From positions 97,807 to 161,806 of the forward strand of contig JABIEQ010000014.1 in assembly GCA_018651085.1 (NCBI GenBank): a DNA stretch of 64,000 bases. Direction: 5' to 3'. The translations under genes were made by a program, and so were the position numbers. Under the pieces are notes generated by a model. The model made no database searches. It was given only the letters and a program-made list of their open reading frames with translations, and was not told the origin of the DNA. Positions 1 through 9,794 of the stretch are shown here, one piece after another. Positions within the stretch are counted from its first letter, which is position 1. Each line of letters begins with the position of its first letter. Source of the stretch: Candidatus Magasanikiibacteriota bacterium (GTDB lineage: Bacteria; Patescibacteriota; Patescibacteriia; Magasanikbacterales; UBA922).

Positions 1-137
1 CAAAAATCAAGATCCATTGTAGCATCTTTTTTTCCTGGTTTCAAACCAGTAGCTTTTTTAATAATACGCATAAGGCGTTTTGCTCCAGATCGGCTACATG
101 GTCCCCCATTACATACTCGAACAGTATATGTACTCAT
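1..137 (-). CDS. Thioredoxin-like [2Fe-2S] ferredoxin (NuoE-like), partial; runs off the window
   Basis: Hand translation MSTYTVRVCNGGPCSRSGAKRLMRIIKKATGLKPGKKDATMDLDF...; the VC-x4-C motif is typical of TRX-like 2Fe-2S ferredoxins; 8 bp downstream of sufT; not in ORF track. Confidence 0.7.
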   Translation of the reverse strand, partial: MSTYTVRVCNGGPCSRSGAKRLMRIIKKATGLKPGKKDATMDLDF

Positions 138-145
138 ACATTTTT

Positions 146-433
146 TTATACACCAAGCATCTCACGAAGCTCAGCAGTTGGTTTCCAAGGTGGTTCAAAC
201 GTAATCTCAAGGTCAACAGCAGAAAAACCAAGGCGTCTCATGGCACTTTCCACTTGATGACGAAGCATGTCCCCAGCCGGGCACATCGGTGTCGTAAACG
301 TCATTAACACATGCACTTCTTCTTTACTTTTAATATTTACTTCATAGATTAATCCCAAGGTGTAAATATCAATAAAAAGCTCAGGATCATTAATCCGTTT
401 TAATTCTTCAATAATTTCTTCTTTTGTTACCAT
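146..433 (-). CDS. sufT: Metal-sulfur cluster assembly factor, DUF59/SufT/PaaD-like
   Basis: DPEL-x-IDIYTLGLIY, TFTTPMCP and FEPPW motifs. Confidence 0.9.
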   Translation of the reverse strand: MVTKEEIIEELKRINDPELFIDIYTLGLIYEVNIKSKEEVHVLMTFTTPMCPAGDMLRHQVESAMRRLGFSAVDLEITFEPPWKPTAELREMLGV

Positions 434-438
434 ATAAT

Positions 439-1170
439 TTATGTAATAAATTGATCGTATCCTTCTTTTTCTACTTTAAGCGCTAGTTCATGCCCACCTG
501 AATGGACAATCTTTCCACCCACCATGATGTGAACCTTGTCAGGAGTAATATACTCTAAAATGCGATTATAATGCGTAATAAGAAGGACTCCAGTATCTTT
601 CCCTTTAAACGTATTAATCCCTTCAGCAACGATTTTAAGGGCATCAACATCAAGCCCAGAATCTGTTTCATCTAATATAGCATAGGTTGGCTGAAGTACA
701 GATAATTGTAATATTTCTGCACGCTTTTTTTCTCCTCCAGAAAATCCTTGATTCACATATCGCTTTGCAAATGCTGGATCAATATTAAGATCTTTCATCT
801 TCGCTTGAAGTGATCGATAAAAATCAATTGGAGGAATTTTTTCTCCAATTAAGGCTTCTTTTGATACACGTAAAAAATTAGATATTGTAACACCTGCAAT
901 TTCAGGAGGATATTGCATAGATAAAAATAACCCAGCTTTTGCCCGTTCATCAGGAGCACTATCTGTAATGGTATTTCCATCAACAACAATCTCACCAGAC
1001 GACACCGTATAGTTAGGATGCCCCATAAGCGTATTTGCAAGAGTTGATTTCCCAGAACCATTTGGTCCCATAATCGCATGCACTTCCCCTTTAGGAACAG
1101 TAAGTGTAAGCCCATGAATAATTTTCTTATCTTCAATTGATACGTGAAGATCTTGAATAGATAAACTCAT
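439..1170 (-). CDS. sufC: Fe-S cluster assembly ATPase SufC
   Basis: GPNGSGKST, FSGGEKKR, LDETDSGLD, ITHY. Confidence 0.97.
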   Translation of the reverse strand: MSLSIQDLHVSIEDKKIIHGLTLTVPKGEVHAIMGPNGSGKSTLANTLMGHPNYTVSSGEIVVDGNTITDSAPDERAKAGLFLSMQYPPEIAGVTISNFLRVSKEALIGEKIPPIDFYRSLQAKMKDLNIDPAFAKRYVNQGFSGGEKKRAEILQLSVLQPTYAILDETDSGLDVDALKIVAEGINTFKGKDTGVLLITHYNRILEYITPDKVHIMVGGKIVHSGGHELALKVEKEGYDQFIT

Positions 1171-1181
1171 AAAGATATATA

Positions 1182-1589
1182 TTAAATAAAACGCTCAGAA
1201 AATGCCTTCATATGATTAATCATAGACGAAAGACCATTTGCCCGAGATAATGATAAATGAGATCGAAGCTCAATAGTATCAAGAAAATCCATGTTAGCCT
1301 CTTTAATCTCTTTTGGTGTTGCCCCAGAAAAAACAAAAATAAGTAATGCCACAATCCCTTTGGTAATTAACGCATCACTATCTCCTTCAAAAAAGATAGT
1401 TCCATTTTTCTCATATCCTCGAAACCATACTTGTGACTGACACCCTCGAATAAGATAGGCATCCTTTTTATACATGTCGTCAAGCATTGGTAATGATTGC
1501 CCTAAAGAAATCAGGTGTTCATATTTTTCTTCCCAAGAAGGAAAAAGAGCAAAATCACTAATACATTGTGCTATTCTTTTATCTATCAT
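1182..1589 (-). CDS. sufE: Sulfur acceptor SufE
   Basis: IRGCQSQVW, GDSDALITKG, LSRANGL. Confidence 0.95.
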   Translation of the reverse strand: MIDKRIAQCISDFALFPSWEEKYEHLISLGQSLPMLDDMYKKDAYLIRGCQSQVWFRGYEKNGTIFFEGDSDALITKGIVALLIFVFSGATPKEIKEANMDFLDTIELRSHLSLSRANGLSSMINHMKAFSERFI

Positions 1590-2791
1590 AGATGTAACAT
1601 CTCTATACTTTTTTCTAAAGCCACAAAAGCCACATCAACATCTTCTTTAGTAGAATATATTCCAAAAGAAAATCGATTCACTCCAGATACATCAAGATAT
1701 CCCATTAATGGTTCGGCACAATGATGTCCTGAACGAAACGCAATCCCTTGTTTATCTAAAAGCGTTGCAAGGTCATAATGATGCACTCCCTCAACAGTAA
1801 ACGACACTACGCCTATCTGTGTATCATTTTTTGTTCCATATATAAAAATACCAGGCAACGCATCAAGCTTTTCACATGCATATCTAGTAATCATAGCAAT
1901 GTGCGCGTGGATAGTATCTTTAGATACGTCGTTAATAAAATCAATTGCAGCACCTAATCCAAGTACACCAGCAATATGCGGCGTTCCAGCTTCATGACGT
2001 GTGGGAGACATCGATGGAGTGAATTCATCATAACTCGCTTTTTCTATCATTCCCCCACCAACATGATACGGAATAAGCATATCTAAAAAGGAAGGACTTG
2101 AAACAATGACACCAACTCCTGTTGGCCCGTACATTTTATGAGAAGAAAAAACCAAAGCATCATAATGAAGCTCCTTTTGAGATACATTCATGCTTGATGC
2201 TGCTTGTGCACCGTCAACAATACTATATGCCCCAACACTGTGAGCTAAATCACTTAACGTTTGAACAGGAAATACCGTTCCAAGCACATTAGAAATATAA
2301 GGAAACGCAACTATTTTTGTAGAGCTATCAATAACAGCTTTTGCACTATCGATATCAAGTGCATATTCATCTGTTAATTCAATAAAACGAATTGTTGCTC
2401 CTGTCTTTTTTGCTACTCGTTGCCACGGAAGAAGATTTGCATGATGCTCTGCTCGTGTAAGAACAATAGTGTCGTTTGATGTAAGAATTGACTCAAAAGA
2501 AGAGGCTATAAGATTAAGACCATGCGTTGTACCAGACGTAAATACCACACCATTCTCGTTATCTATATCACAAAATGAGGCTACTTTTTTTCGCACACCT
2601 TCATATAGTGACGTCACCTCAACACTTGTCTTATGCTCACCTCGATGAATATTTGCATTATGATCAGTATAATAAAGACTCACAGCATCAATCACCGATT
2701 GAGACGTTAAACTTGTGGCAGCACTATCAAGATACACCACTTCAGGGTGCTTTACACAAAACGGAAATTGTTTTTTATAAGAAGTATCCAT
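1586..2791 (-). CDS. sufS: SufS-type cysteine desulfurase
   Basis: YLDSAAT, EHHAN, SSHKMYGPTG, RSGHHCA. Confidence 0.95.
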   Translation of the reverse strand: MDTSYKKQFPFCVKHPEVVYLDSAATSLTSQSVIDAVSLYYTDHNANIHRGEHKTSVEVTSLYEGVRKKVASFCDIDNENGVVFTSGTTHGLNLIASSFESILTSNDTIVLTRAEHHANLLPWQRVAKKTGATIRFIELTDEYALDIDSAKAVIDSSTKIVAFPYISNVLGTVFPVQTLSDLAHSVGAYSIVDGAQAASSMNVSQKELHYDALVFSSHKMYGPTGVGVIVSSPSFLDMLIPYHVGGGMIEKASYDEFTPSMSPTRHEAGTPHIAGVLGLGAAIDFINDVSKDTIHAHIAMITRYACEKLDALPGIFIYGTKNDTQIGVVSFTVEGVHHYDLATLLDKQGIAFRSGHHCAEPLMGYLDVSGVNRFSFGIYSTKEDVDVAFVALEKSIEMLHL

Positions 2792-2793
2792 AT

Positions 2794-3957
2794 TTATACG
2801 GCTAAGGCTTCATGAATATATTGTTCCCAAGTAACTCGAAGAGCAGAAACAGTAATAGCATCTAACACTGGACCCACATGGGCATAGAGCATAAGCTTTT
2901 CTGCTTGCTTTTCTGATAACCCTCGAGATTGTACATAAAATAAATCTTCCTTTCTAAGGCGGGTCGTTGTCACCCCATGAGAGCAAGACACATCATTATT
3001 TGCAATCTCTAAATCAGGAACAGCATCAATAGCAGCTTTATCTGACAATAAAAGGGTATCTTCTTGCTGATACCCAGCACATCCTTTTGCTGATGTTTCA
3101 ACTCGAATAAGCCCACGATACGTTGCTTTTGATTCGTCCCCTAATACAATCTTTGACACAATGTTAGAGGCTGTCTCTGATCCTTTATGAATAACAGCAC
3201 TATATGTATCAAAAACACTTTTTTTGGTTCCTACAACAAGACCATAAATTTCTCCTTTCGCTGATACATCGTTAAGCGTATGCACCATACTCGAAAGAGT
3301 AAGAGCTCCACCAAGCTGTAGATCAATAAACGTCATACTCCCCTTTTCTTCAATATAACTTTGCCGACAAATAGCAACATGTCCATTCTTTCGATATTGA
3401 TCAGCAATATATGTTAGGCTAGCATCTTTTTTTATAAAAATATCAATAATTACTCCATGATACATCGTAGATCTAATATCTTCTATAATAGTTGTAGACA
3501 CACCAGCATCGACAACTATGCAGATATAACTTTGTGATGTTCCTTCTATGGCATCAAGCACAAAAGAAAGGGAAACATCTTCTTTCATGTTTTCCGTAAT
3601 ATGAATAACTTTCGCGGTCATAAATAATGCCGCCGTCGTTGCATAAAAAGCATTAGCAGAAATACGAGAAGCTGTTGATAAAATTTGATCAGTAATAATA
3701 TCCTTAGACATAGCGTCAAAAAGGGACAAGACCTCTACGCCAGGAAGTGTTTCTTTTAACAAAAATGTTGCAGGGTTCGATTGAACACTAAGATCTATCC
3801 CAGTAGTTTTTGTAACCATTCGAATACCATGCTTAAGCATATCTATTGGAAGCATTGCTGATTGGTGTATAAAATCAAGCCGACGCGCCGTAAGCCACGA
3901 TGGTTCTTGTTGATTCATTGAATACGTTTCAATTGTTTTTATAAACAAATCTGTCAT
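2794..3957 (-). CDS. sufD: Fe-S assembly protein SufD (divergent N-terminus)
   Basis: C-terminal LLLSDKA-x-DAVPDLEI-x-NDVSCSHG and LFYVQSRGL; operon position. Confidence 0.88.
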   Translation of the reverse strand: MTDLFIKTIETYSMNQQEPSWLTARRLDFIHQSAMLPIDMLKHGIRMVTKTTGIDLSVQSNPATFLLKETLPGVEVLSLFDAMSKDIITDQILSTASRISANAFYATTAALFMTAKVIHITENMKEDVSLSFVLDAIEGTSQSYICIVVDAGVSTTIIEDIRSTMYHGVIIDIFIKKDASLTYIADQYRKNGHVAICRQSYIEEKGSMTFIDLQLGGALTLSSMVHTLNDVSAKGEIYGLVVGTKKSVFDTYSAVIHKGSETASNIVSKIVLGDESKATYRGLIRVETSAKGCAGYQQEDTLLLSDKAAIDAVPDLEIANNDVSCSHGVTTTRLRKEDLFYVQSRGLSEKQAEKLMLYAHVGPVLDAITVSALRVTWEQYIHEALAV

Positions 3958-3960
3958 ATA

Positions 3961-4581
3961 TTATAGTGAGCGCGCAACGATTTTTTCATAGATAGAAGAA
4001 ATACGAGAAAGGATGTTCTCATCTTGTTGTAAAAATAATACATCTTTTATAACAGCATCAATCAAATCAGAATGAATATCTGTCTCTGACCAAATCGCTT
4101 CGTAATCATGTACAGATATATCATGCTTTTTCCCTCTATACACTTCCTGCACGCAGGTGTTATACAACTTTACGGCTTCTATGGGTTCACAACTTCTATT
4201 TTCCGCGTGATTAAGATAATCAAGATTTGCTTCCATATCAAAAGAATCAAAATCAATCATATCCTGCACAAGTTTAATAGCAGATATACGAATCCACCAA
4301 TCTTCTCCACGCTCTTTTGGAATAAGATCAGATAATTCTTCCATAAACAAATCATGCTGCACCTTATCGCAAAGCACATGCACAGCCCAGCCCTTTAAAA
4401 AATCATCAGGGGCATTACTCGCATCAAGCAAATCATTTCTATGAGTTAACTGTCTATTAATACCAGAAATGTATCGACTATCTGGATACACGGTACCTGA
4501 AACATAACGCATGAGATTTTTAACCTCATACTTTTTTTGAAGTGCAAGAGCAAATCGAATATGTGTTGCTTGAAATGCCAT
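3961..4581 (-). CDS. Putative zinc-dependent phospholipase C/P1-nuclease-like metallohydrolase (start re-called to MAFQATH)
   Basis: N-terminal TH, G-x3-PD, TH and GW-x2-H-x3-D-x3-H match the Zn-dependent PLC ligand pattern; ATG 4 bp after the sufB stop. Confidence 0.6.
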   Translation of the reverse strand: MAFQATHIRFALALQKKYEVKNLMRYVSGTVYPDSRYISGINRQLTHRNDLLDASNAPDDFLKGWAVHVLCDKVQHDLFMEELSDLIPKERGEDWWIRISAIKLVQDMIDFDSFDMEANLDYLNHAENRSCEPIEAVKLYNTCVQEVYRGKKHDISVHDYEAIWSETDIHSDLIDAVIKDVLFLQQDENILSRISSIYEKIVARSL

Positions 4582-4585
4582 AAAA

Positions 4586-6007
4586 TTATCCAACACTCCC
4601 TTCCATTTCAAGAGAAATTAATTTATTTAGTTCAAGAGCATATTCAAGTGGAAGTGCCTTTACAATGGGTTCAATAAAACCAGAGACAACCATTTGCATA
4701 GCTCGTTCTTCAGATAAACCTCTACTCATTAAGTAAAATATTTCATCATCCCCTATTTTTCCAACAGTAGCTTCATGCGCAATAGACACATCATCTGTAT
4801 CAATGTTCATATACGGATGCGTATTTGAAACAGATCCTTCATCGAGTAAAAGGGCATCACATTCAACCCCAACCTTAGCATTCGTTGCGGCTTTCGTCAC
4901 TTGGACATACCCACGATACGTTGAAATACCACCATCCTTTGAAATAGATTTAGCACGAATGGTTGAAGTTGTATTAGGAGCAGCATGAATTACTTTAGAT
5001 CCTGTATCTTGTTCTTGTCCTTCTCCAGCAAAAGCAATACCTAAACTATCTGATCTTGCTCCACGACCTCGAAGAATTGATGCTGGGTATAACATCGTCA
5101 CACCACTACCCATATTTCCATTAATCCATTCAATCACTCCTTCTTCGTCAACAAGCGCTCGCTTCGTATTTAGGTTATACGTATTTTTAGACCAGTTTTC
5201 AATAGAAGAATACCGTACACGGGCATGTTTATGAACAAAAATTTCAACACACCCAGCATGAAGAGAATTTACGTTATACCGTGGGGCACTACATCCTTCG
5301 ATATATTGAAGTTCAGCCCCTTCGTCAACAATAATTAATGTATGCTCAAATTGCCCAGAACCTTTGGTGTTCATACGAAAATATGCTTGAAGGGGTAACT
5401 CTACTTTCACGCCCTTTGGCACATAAATAAACGTTCCACCAGACCAGACAGCACCATGAAGCATTACAAACTTATGATCATTGATAGGGACACATTGAGT
5501 CATGAAATATTTCTGCACAAGTTCTGGATATTTTTCTACGGCTACATCCATATTCTCAAAGACCACTCCTTTATCTTTTAATGATTGCTGCAAGTTGTGA
5601 TACACCACATCACTATCATATTGTGCGCCAACACCAGCAAGAGCATGCTTTTCAGCTTCTGGAATACCAAGCCGATCAAACGTCTTTTTAATCTCATCAG
5701 GCACATCATCCCAACTTGTAACTTCAGTTGCATCAGGTCGCACAAAATATGTAAGTTCATTCAAATCAAGATCACTCAGATCTGGTCCCCAGGTTGGCAT
5801 TTTTTCCTTTTCATATAAAGTAAATGCTGCTAATCGTTTTTCAAGCATCCAAGCTGGTTCATTTTTTTGAGAAGAAATCGTTCGTACAACGTCTTCAGTT
5901 AATCCTTTCTCTACCTGAAACTTAATATTGTCTTTATTTGGCGTATCAAAAAGCTCTCGACTTACGTCAGGAACTGTACTTGTTACTTGTATACTTTTTG
6001 TATCCAT
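4586..6007 (-). CDS. sufB: Fe-S cluster scaffold SufB
   Basis: LGIPEAE, AVWSGGTF, GQFEHTLI, YIEGCSAP, HEATVGKI. Confidence 0.97.
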   Translation of the reverse strand: MDTKSIQVTSTVPDVSRELFDTPNKDNIKFQVEKGLTEDVVRTISSQKNEPAWMLEKRLAAFTLYEKEKMPTWGPDLSDLDLNELTYFVRPDATEVTSWDDVPDEIKKTFDRLGIPEAEKHALAGVGAQYDSDVVYHNLQQSLKDKGVVFENMDVAVEKYPELVQKYFMTQCVPINDHKFVMLHGAVWSGGTFIYVPKGVKVELPLQAYFRMNTKGSGQFEHTLIIVDEGAELQYIEGCSAPRYNVNSLHAGCVEIFVHKHARVRYSSIENWSKNTYNLNTKRALVDEEGVIEWINGNMGSGVTMLYPASILRGRGARSDSLGIAFAGEGQEQDTGSKVIHAAPNTTSTIRAKSISKDGGISTYRGYVQVTKAATNAKVGVECDALLLDEGSVSNTHPYMNIDTDDVSIAHEATVGKIGDDEIFYLMSRGLSEERAMQMVVSGFIEPIVKALPLEYALELNKLISLEMEGSVG

Positions 6008-6010
6008 AGA

Positions 6011-7222
6011 TTAATGCGAGAATTTTTGTGTCGAACGAAGTGTTTTTACAACAGAAGGAAGAACTTTCATAACATAATCGATATCCTTTTTTGTTGTATC
6101 TTTTCCAAGTGTAAAACGAATAGATGAAGCCGCATCATTGCTTGATACACCACACGCATGAAGAACATGAGAAACGTCAGTTGACTCACTCGTACACGCT
6201 GAACCCGTACCACAAACAATCCCATACTCGTCAAGATACAACACCAATGTTTCAGCTTCTATTCCGAGAAACTGTACATGTATATTATGTGGTAATCTAT
6301 TTTTTTCTAAAAGAGATGGCCCTGTTAATCTAATATCAGGCACAGCATCAATTAAACATTCCCAAAAATAATCACGAAGTGCTTTTACTTCAATATATGA
6401 TTCTTTACGTAAAGATTGAACAGCATCAAAAGCATAAGAAGCACCAACAATGGCTGGAACATTCTCTGTCCCTGCAAACATCCCCTGTTCTTGCCCTCCA
6501 CCAACAATAAGTGGAGATAAGGTAACTCCACGTCTACAATATAAAATACCGACACCTTTAGGCCCATACATCTTAGATCCATTCAAAGTCAATAGATCAA
6601 CATGAAGAGGCTCAACAGATAAATCATAATAAGGACTTGCCTGACACGCATCACTATGAAAATACGGATATACTGTTTTCTTCTTCTTTCGCCACTGTAA
6701 TAATGCCCGACCAATCTCGGCAATCGGATACACCGTTCCAATTTCATTATTTGCAAACATACAAGAAATCAAAATTGTATCGTCTTGTAACGCATCTACT
6801 ACTTGTTTTACCGTAACATTTCCATATTCATCAACAGGAAGATACGTTACAGAAAAACCACGTGCTTCAAGCACCTTCATCGCTTCAAGGACAGCTTTAT
6901 GCTCAACGCTTGTGGTAATAATATGTTTCCCCTGTTCTTGGTGCTTCTTCGCAATCCCTAAAATAGCCATGTTACAAGAAAGTGTTCCACTTCCCGTAAA
7001 AATAATCGTGTCACTTTGCGTTTTTAAATATGTTGAAATACGTACTCGAGATTCCTGAAGTGCTTTTTTTGCCTCAGTCCCTAATCGATATAAACTTGAA
7101 GGATTCCCAAAATGCTCTGTAAAATATGGCTTCATCTTTTCAAAGACAAAAGACGCAACAGGTGTACCAGCAGCGTGATCGAGATAAATAGATGATTTTT
7201 TAAAAAAATGACGAAAAACCAT
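6011..7222 (-). CDS. iscS: IscS/NifS-type cysteine desulfurase
   Basis: IYLDHAA, GNPSS, ANNEIG, SKMYGPKG, GTENV, TGSACTS. Confidence 0.92.
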   Translation of the reverse strand: MVFRHFFKKSSIYLDHAAGTPVASFVFEKMKPYFTEHFGNPSSLYRLGTEAKKALQESRVRISTYLKTQSDTIIFTGSGTLSCNMAILGIAKKHQEQGKHIITTSVEHKAVLEAMKVLEARGFSVTYLPVDEYGNVTVKQVVDALQDDTILISCMFANNEIGTVYPIAEIGRALLQWRKKKKTVYPYFHSDACQASPYYDLSVEPLHVDLLTLNGSKMYGPKGVGILYCRRGVTLSPLIVGGGQEQGMFAGTENVPAIVGASYAFDAVQSLRKESYIEVKALRDYFWECLIDAVPDIRLTGPSLLEKNRLPHNIHVQFLGIEAETLVLYLDEYGIVCGTGSACTSESTDVSHVLHACGVSSNDAASSIRFTLGKDTTKKDIDYVMKVLPSVVKTLRSTQKFSH

Positions 7223-7227
7223 ATAAA

Positions 7228-7638
7228 TTACTTAACAGTCAATGCTAAATCTTCAATCGTAATACGATCAAGTTCTTCAACCATTCGTGTCTGTACCAAT
7301 GTAAACGCATTTTTAGATATACACGTTTCTTCCTTTATACAATGAAATCCTTCTTTCATACATGGAAACGCAGCATACGGTCCTTCTACAGCCTCAACCA
7401 CCGCTCGAAGCGTTAGTGTCTTTGGGGAAGCAAGCAAAAAATATCCTCCATGAGGACCTTTATTTGCGCGCACAATCCCTGCTTCTCGAAGGGCCTTTGC
7501 TATTTTTTGAAGAAAAAGAAAAGATATGGTACTCTCAGTAGAGAAACGCCGTAAACTAAGCGGTTTTTCCTTTTCCTGCCGAGTCAGCGCTAAGACAAAT
7601 TGAAGCGCGTAATCGACTTGTTTATTTACTTGAATCAT
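7228..7638 (-). CDS. Rrf2-family (IscR-like) transcriptional regulator
   Basis: DYAL, FLQKIAKALREAGIV-x3-GPHGGY, VEAVEG, three C-terminal Cys. Confidence 0.9.
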   Translation of the reverse strand: MIQVNKQVDYALQFVLALTRQEKEKPLSLRRFSTESTISFLFLQKIAKALREAGIVRANKGPHGGYFLLASPKTLTLRAVVEAVEGPYAAFPCMKEGFHCIKEETCISKNAFTLVQTRMVEELDRITIEDLALTVK

Positions 7639-7644
7639 AGTAAT

Positions 7645-7688
7645 TCATACTCAGCCAGTATGATATACTATTTATAAAATTATGTCAA
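7645..7688 (-). promoter_or_regulatory. sigma70 promoter of the Rrf2-isc/suf operon with an overlapping palindromic operator
   Basis: TTGACA(7683-7688)-17-TATCAT(7660-7665) on minus; perfect palindrome TCATACT-N5-AGTATGA at 7645-7663. Confidence 0.65.
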
Positions 7689-7701
7689 TCTAGCAAATAT
7701 T

Positions 7702-8406
7702 ATGAATAATAAGACTAAATGGGAAAGTAACATTATAGAAAAAACCATGCATACCAAAGACATGGTCGTCATTACTTGTAGTAAACCAGAAGGATTTACC
7801 TATAAAGCCGGTCAATTCGTTCAATGGGACGTTCCAGACAAAGAAAGTAAAAATGGCATAGTAAAACGATCATATTCACTTGCCTCAAGCCCCCACCACG
7901 AAAATCTTTCATTTTGTATTAAAATTAAGGAAGACGGAAAAGCCGGAAAATACGTCACACGCATGGATAAAGGAGATACTCTCGTATTTGAAGGACCTCA
8001 AGGAAGATTCTGCTGCAATGAAGAAACTGATGAATCACTCTTTTTTATAGCTACTGGAGCAGGTATTGCCCCAATCATTGGGATGATCGAAGATCAACTA
8101 GAAAACAAAAAAACAGATAAACGTATTCATCTGTTATTTGGTCTTCGCTTTGAAAACGATATCTTCTGGCAAGAAAAAATTGACCATCTATTAAGTACCT
8201 ACAACAATTTTTCCTATCAGATCACACTATCTCGTCCAGAAGGAACTTGGGACGGTCTAAAAGGACGAGTAACAGAACATTTACACGAACATGATGGTAA
8301 TCATTCCTTTTACCTTTGTGGAAGTCTCCCTATGGTAAAAGACGTGAGAGAAATATTAAAGGAAAAAGGCGTTGACATGAAAAGTATTCACTTTGAAATT
8401 TTCTAA
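7702..8406 (+). CDS. FAD/NAD(P)-binding oxidoreductase (ferredoxin-NADP reductase-like)
   Basis: GQF, RSYSLAS, GPQGRF, ATGAGIAP, YLCG, C-terminal HFEIF. Confidence 0.9.
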   Translation: MNNKTKWESNIIEKTMHTKDMVVITCSKPEGFTYKAGQFVQWDVPDKESKNGIVKRSYSLASSPHHENLSFCIKIKEDGKAGKYVTRMDKGDTLVFEGPQGRFCCNEETDESLFFIATGAGIAPIIGMIEDQLENKKTDKRIHLLFGLRFENDIFWQEKIDHLLSTYNNFSYQITLSRPEGTWDGLKGRVTEHLHEHDGNHSFYLCGSLPMVKDVREILKEKGVDMKSIHFEIF

Positions 8407-8438
8407 ACAATCCCCTCTTCGTATAGAAAATGACACTC

Positions 8439-9020
8439 CTAAAAAGGGAGTGTCATGTTAATGCCACTAGCAACAGCAGCAGAAGCCTCAGTTATAGCTA
8501 TACGATCAAAATTCACAGCAATAGGAAGAACATCCCCAGTAAGTGTTGGATAATACAACATCTTATTTTTTTGTCCAAAATCATAAATTTCTTTCGTCAC
8601 TTTCACATCTTGCTCACAATATTTTTTAATTTCATCAACTTTCCCTTCTTCCCACCAAGTCATTGCTTGAAGCCCATCGGCACTCTTTTGAATTTGTAAT
8701 GTTGCTTTTGCCACATCGTCAAGCTTATAACGCTTTCCACAAGATTCTCTTATAACCTTAAGCATATCTAAATGAGGAAATACACTTAAATCCCCTGTAT
8801 AATACTTATTTAAAATAGGGATATCAAAGTGCTCACTATTATATCCAATTAACCGTTCTGCCTTTTCTAAAATAGGCCACAAATCTCCAAGTTCATCTTT
8901 TTCAAATGATCGATAAGAATTTGTCTCATATTCATAAATTGAGACAACGGTTACTTCCATACTCATCATTTTTTTGATGTCCCCATACGTTTCGATATCA
9001 AACACTATTTCTCGTGACAT
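8439..9020 (-). CDS. RNase H-like (YprB/DnaQ-like) 3'-5' exonuclease domain protein
   Basis: VFDIET, IGYN-x3-FD, KLDDVA, YC-x-QDV. Confidence 0.85.
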   Translation of the reverse strand: MSREIVFDIETYGDIKKMMSMEVTVVSIYEYETNSYRSFEKDELGDLWPILEKAERLIGYNSEHFDIPILNKYYTGDLSVFPHLDMLKVIRESCGKRYKLDDVAKATLQIQKSADGLQAMTWWEEGKVDEIKKYCEQDVKVTKEIYDFGQKNKMLYYPTLTGDVLPIAVNFDRIAITEASAAVASGINMTLPF

Positions 9021-9072
9021 AACATATATAATTAAATGATGAGCCTATTGTATCACACAGTAAGATAAGACC

Positions 9073-9100
9073 AAAAAAGACCACATATTGTGGTCTTTTT
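9073..9100 (-). terminator. Intrinsic terminator after glutaredoxin
   Basis: aaaaaagaccac-atatt-gtggtcttttt hairpin with A/T tracts. Confidence 0.75.
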
Positions 9101-9115
9101 ATCTATAAAAAATAT

Positions 9116-9352
9116 TTATGAAGTACCTTTTAGCGCTTCATCAATTTTCGCTGTATCAAATCCAACAATAATTGTTCCATTAATGTCTAAAACAGGAACG
9201 CCCATTTGACCAGATTTTTCTACCATTTCTTTTGCCTTATCTTGATCAACTGACACATCAACATCAGTAAATTCAATCCCTTTTTCTTTAAGGTAATCCT
9301 TTGCCTTATGACAATACGGACACGTTGGCGTACTATATACCATGATAGACAT
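9116..9352 (-). CDS. Glutaredoxin (YruB/NrdH-like)
   Basis: YSTPTCPYC, SGQMGVPV, IVGFD. Confidence 0.93.
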   Translation of the reverse strand: MSIMVYSTPTCPYCHKAKDYLKEKGIEFTDVDVSVDQDKAKEMVEKSGQMGVPVLDINGTIIVGFDTAKIDEALKGTS

Positions 9353-9377
9353 AGTGATTCAAATTAGAAATTATGTA

Positions 9378-9731
9378 CTATGATACTTTTTTAAACTTTA
9401 CACTAAAAATAGGTTCGTAATCATTATCATATTCGTCAGTCACCTCAATGGCTTCACCTTTCATTACTTGCGTAAGTGCAATATCACTTAATACTTCCTG
9501 ATCAGATGTAATATCAATTTTTAAATCTTCAATTTGGGTAAACTCAGAAACAAATTGTCCACGAACAGCAGTTTCAACTTGTTTTTTCTTTTCTCGAAGA
9601 AGCTTCGCTTCATCCACAATCTCTACATAACTTTGAGAATTTTTTAACGCTTGTGAATATGCATCTTTAAGGTCTTTTAACTTCTTTTTATTCTCCTGAA
9701 TACGAGCGAATACTCCCTGAATATCTTGCAT
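9378..9731 (-). CDS. Coiled-coil hypothetical protein
   Basis: Charged helical ORF on the majority strand; likely ATG start at 9731 (MQDIQ). Confidence 0.7.
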   Translation of the reverse strand: MQDIQGVFARIQENKKKLKDLKDAYSQALKNSQSYVEIVDEAKLLREKKKQVETAVRGQFVSEFTQIEDLKIDITSDQEVLSDIALTQVMKGEAIEVTDEYDNDYEPIFSVKFKKVS

Positions 9732-9794
9732 ACCTTGTGTCAATTTAATAAATTAGTACGACAAAAGTATAACACGACAAAATAAAAAAGAAAA

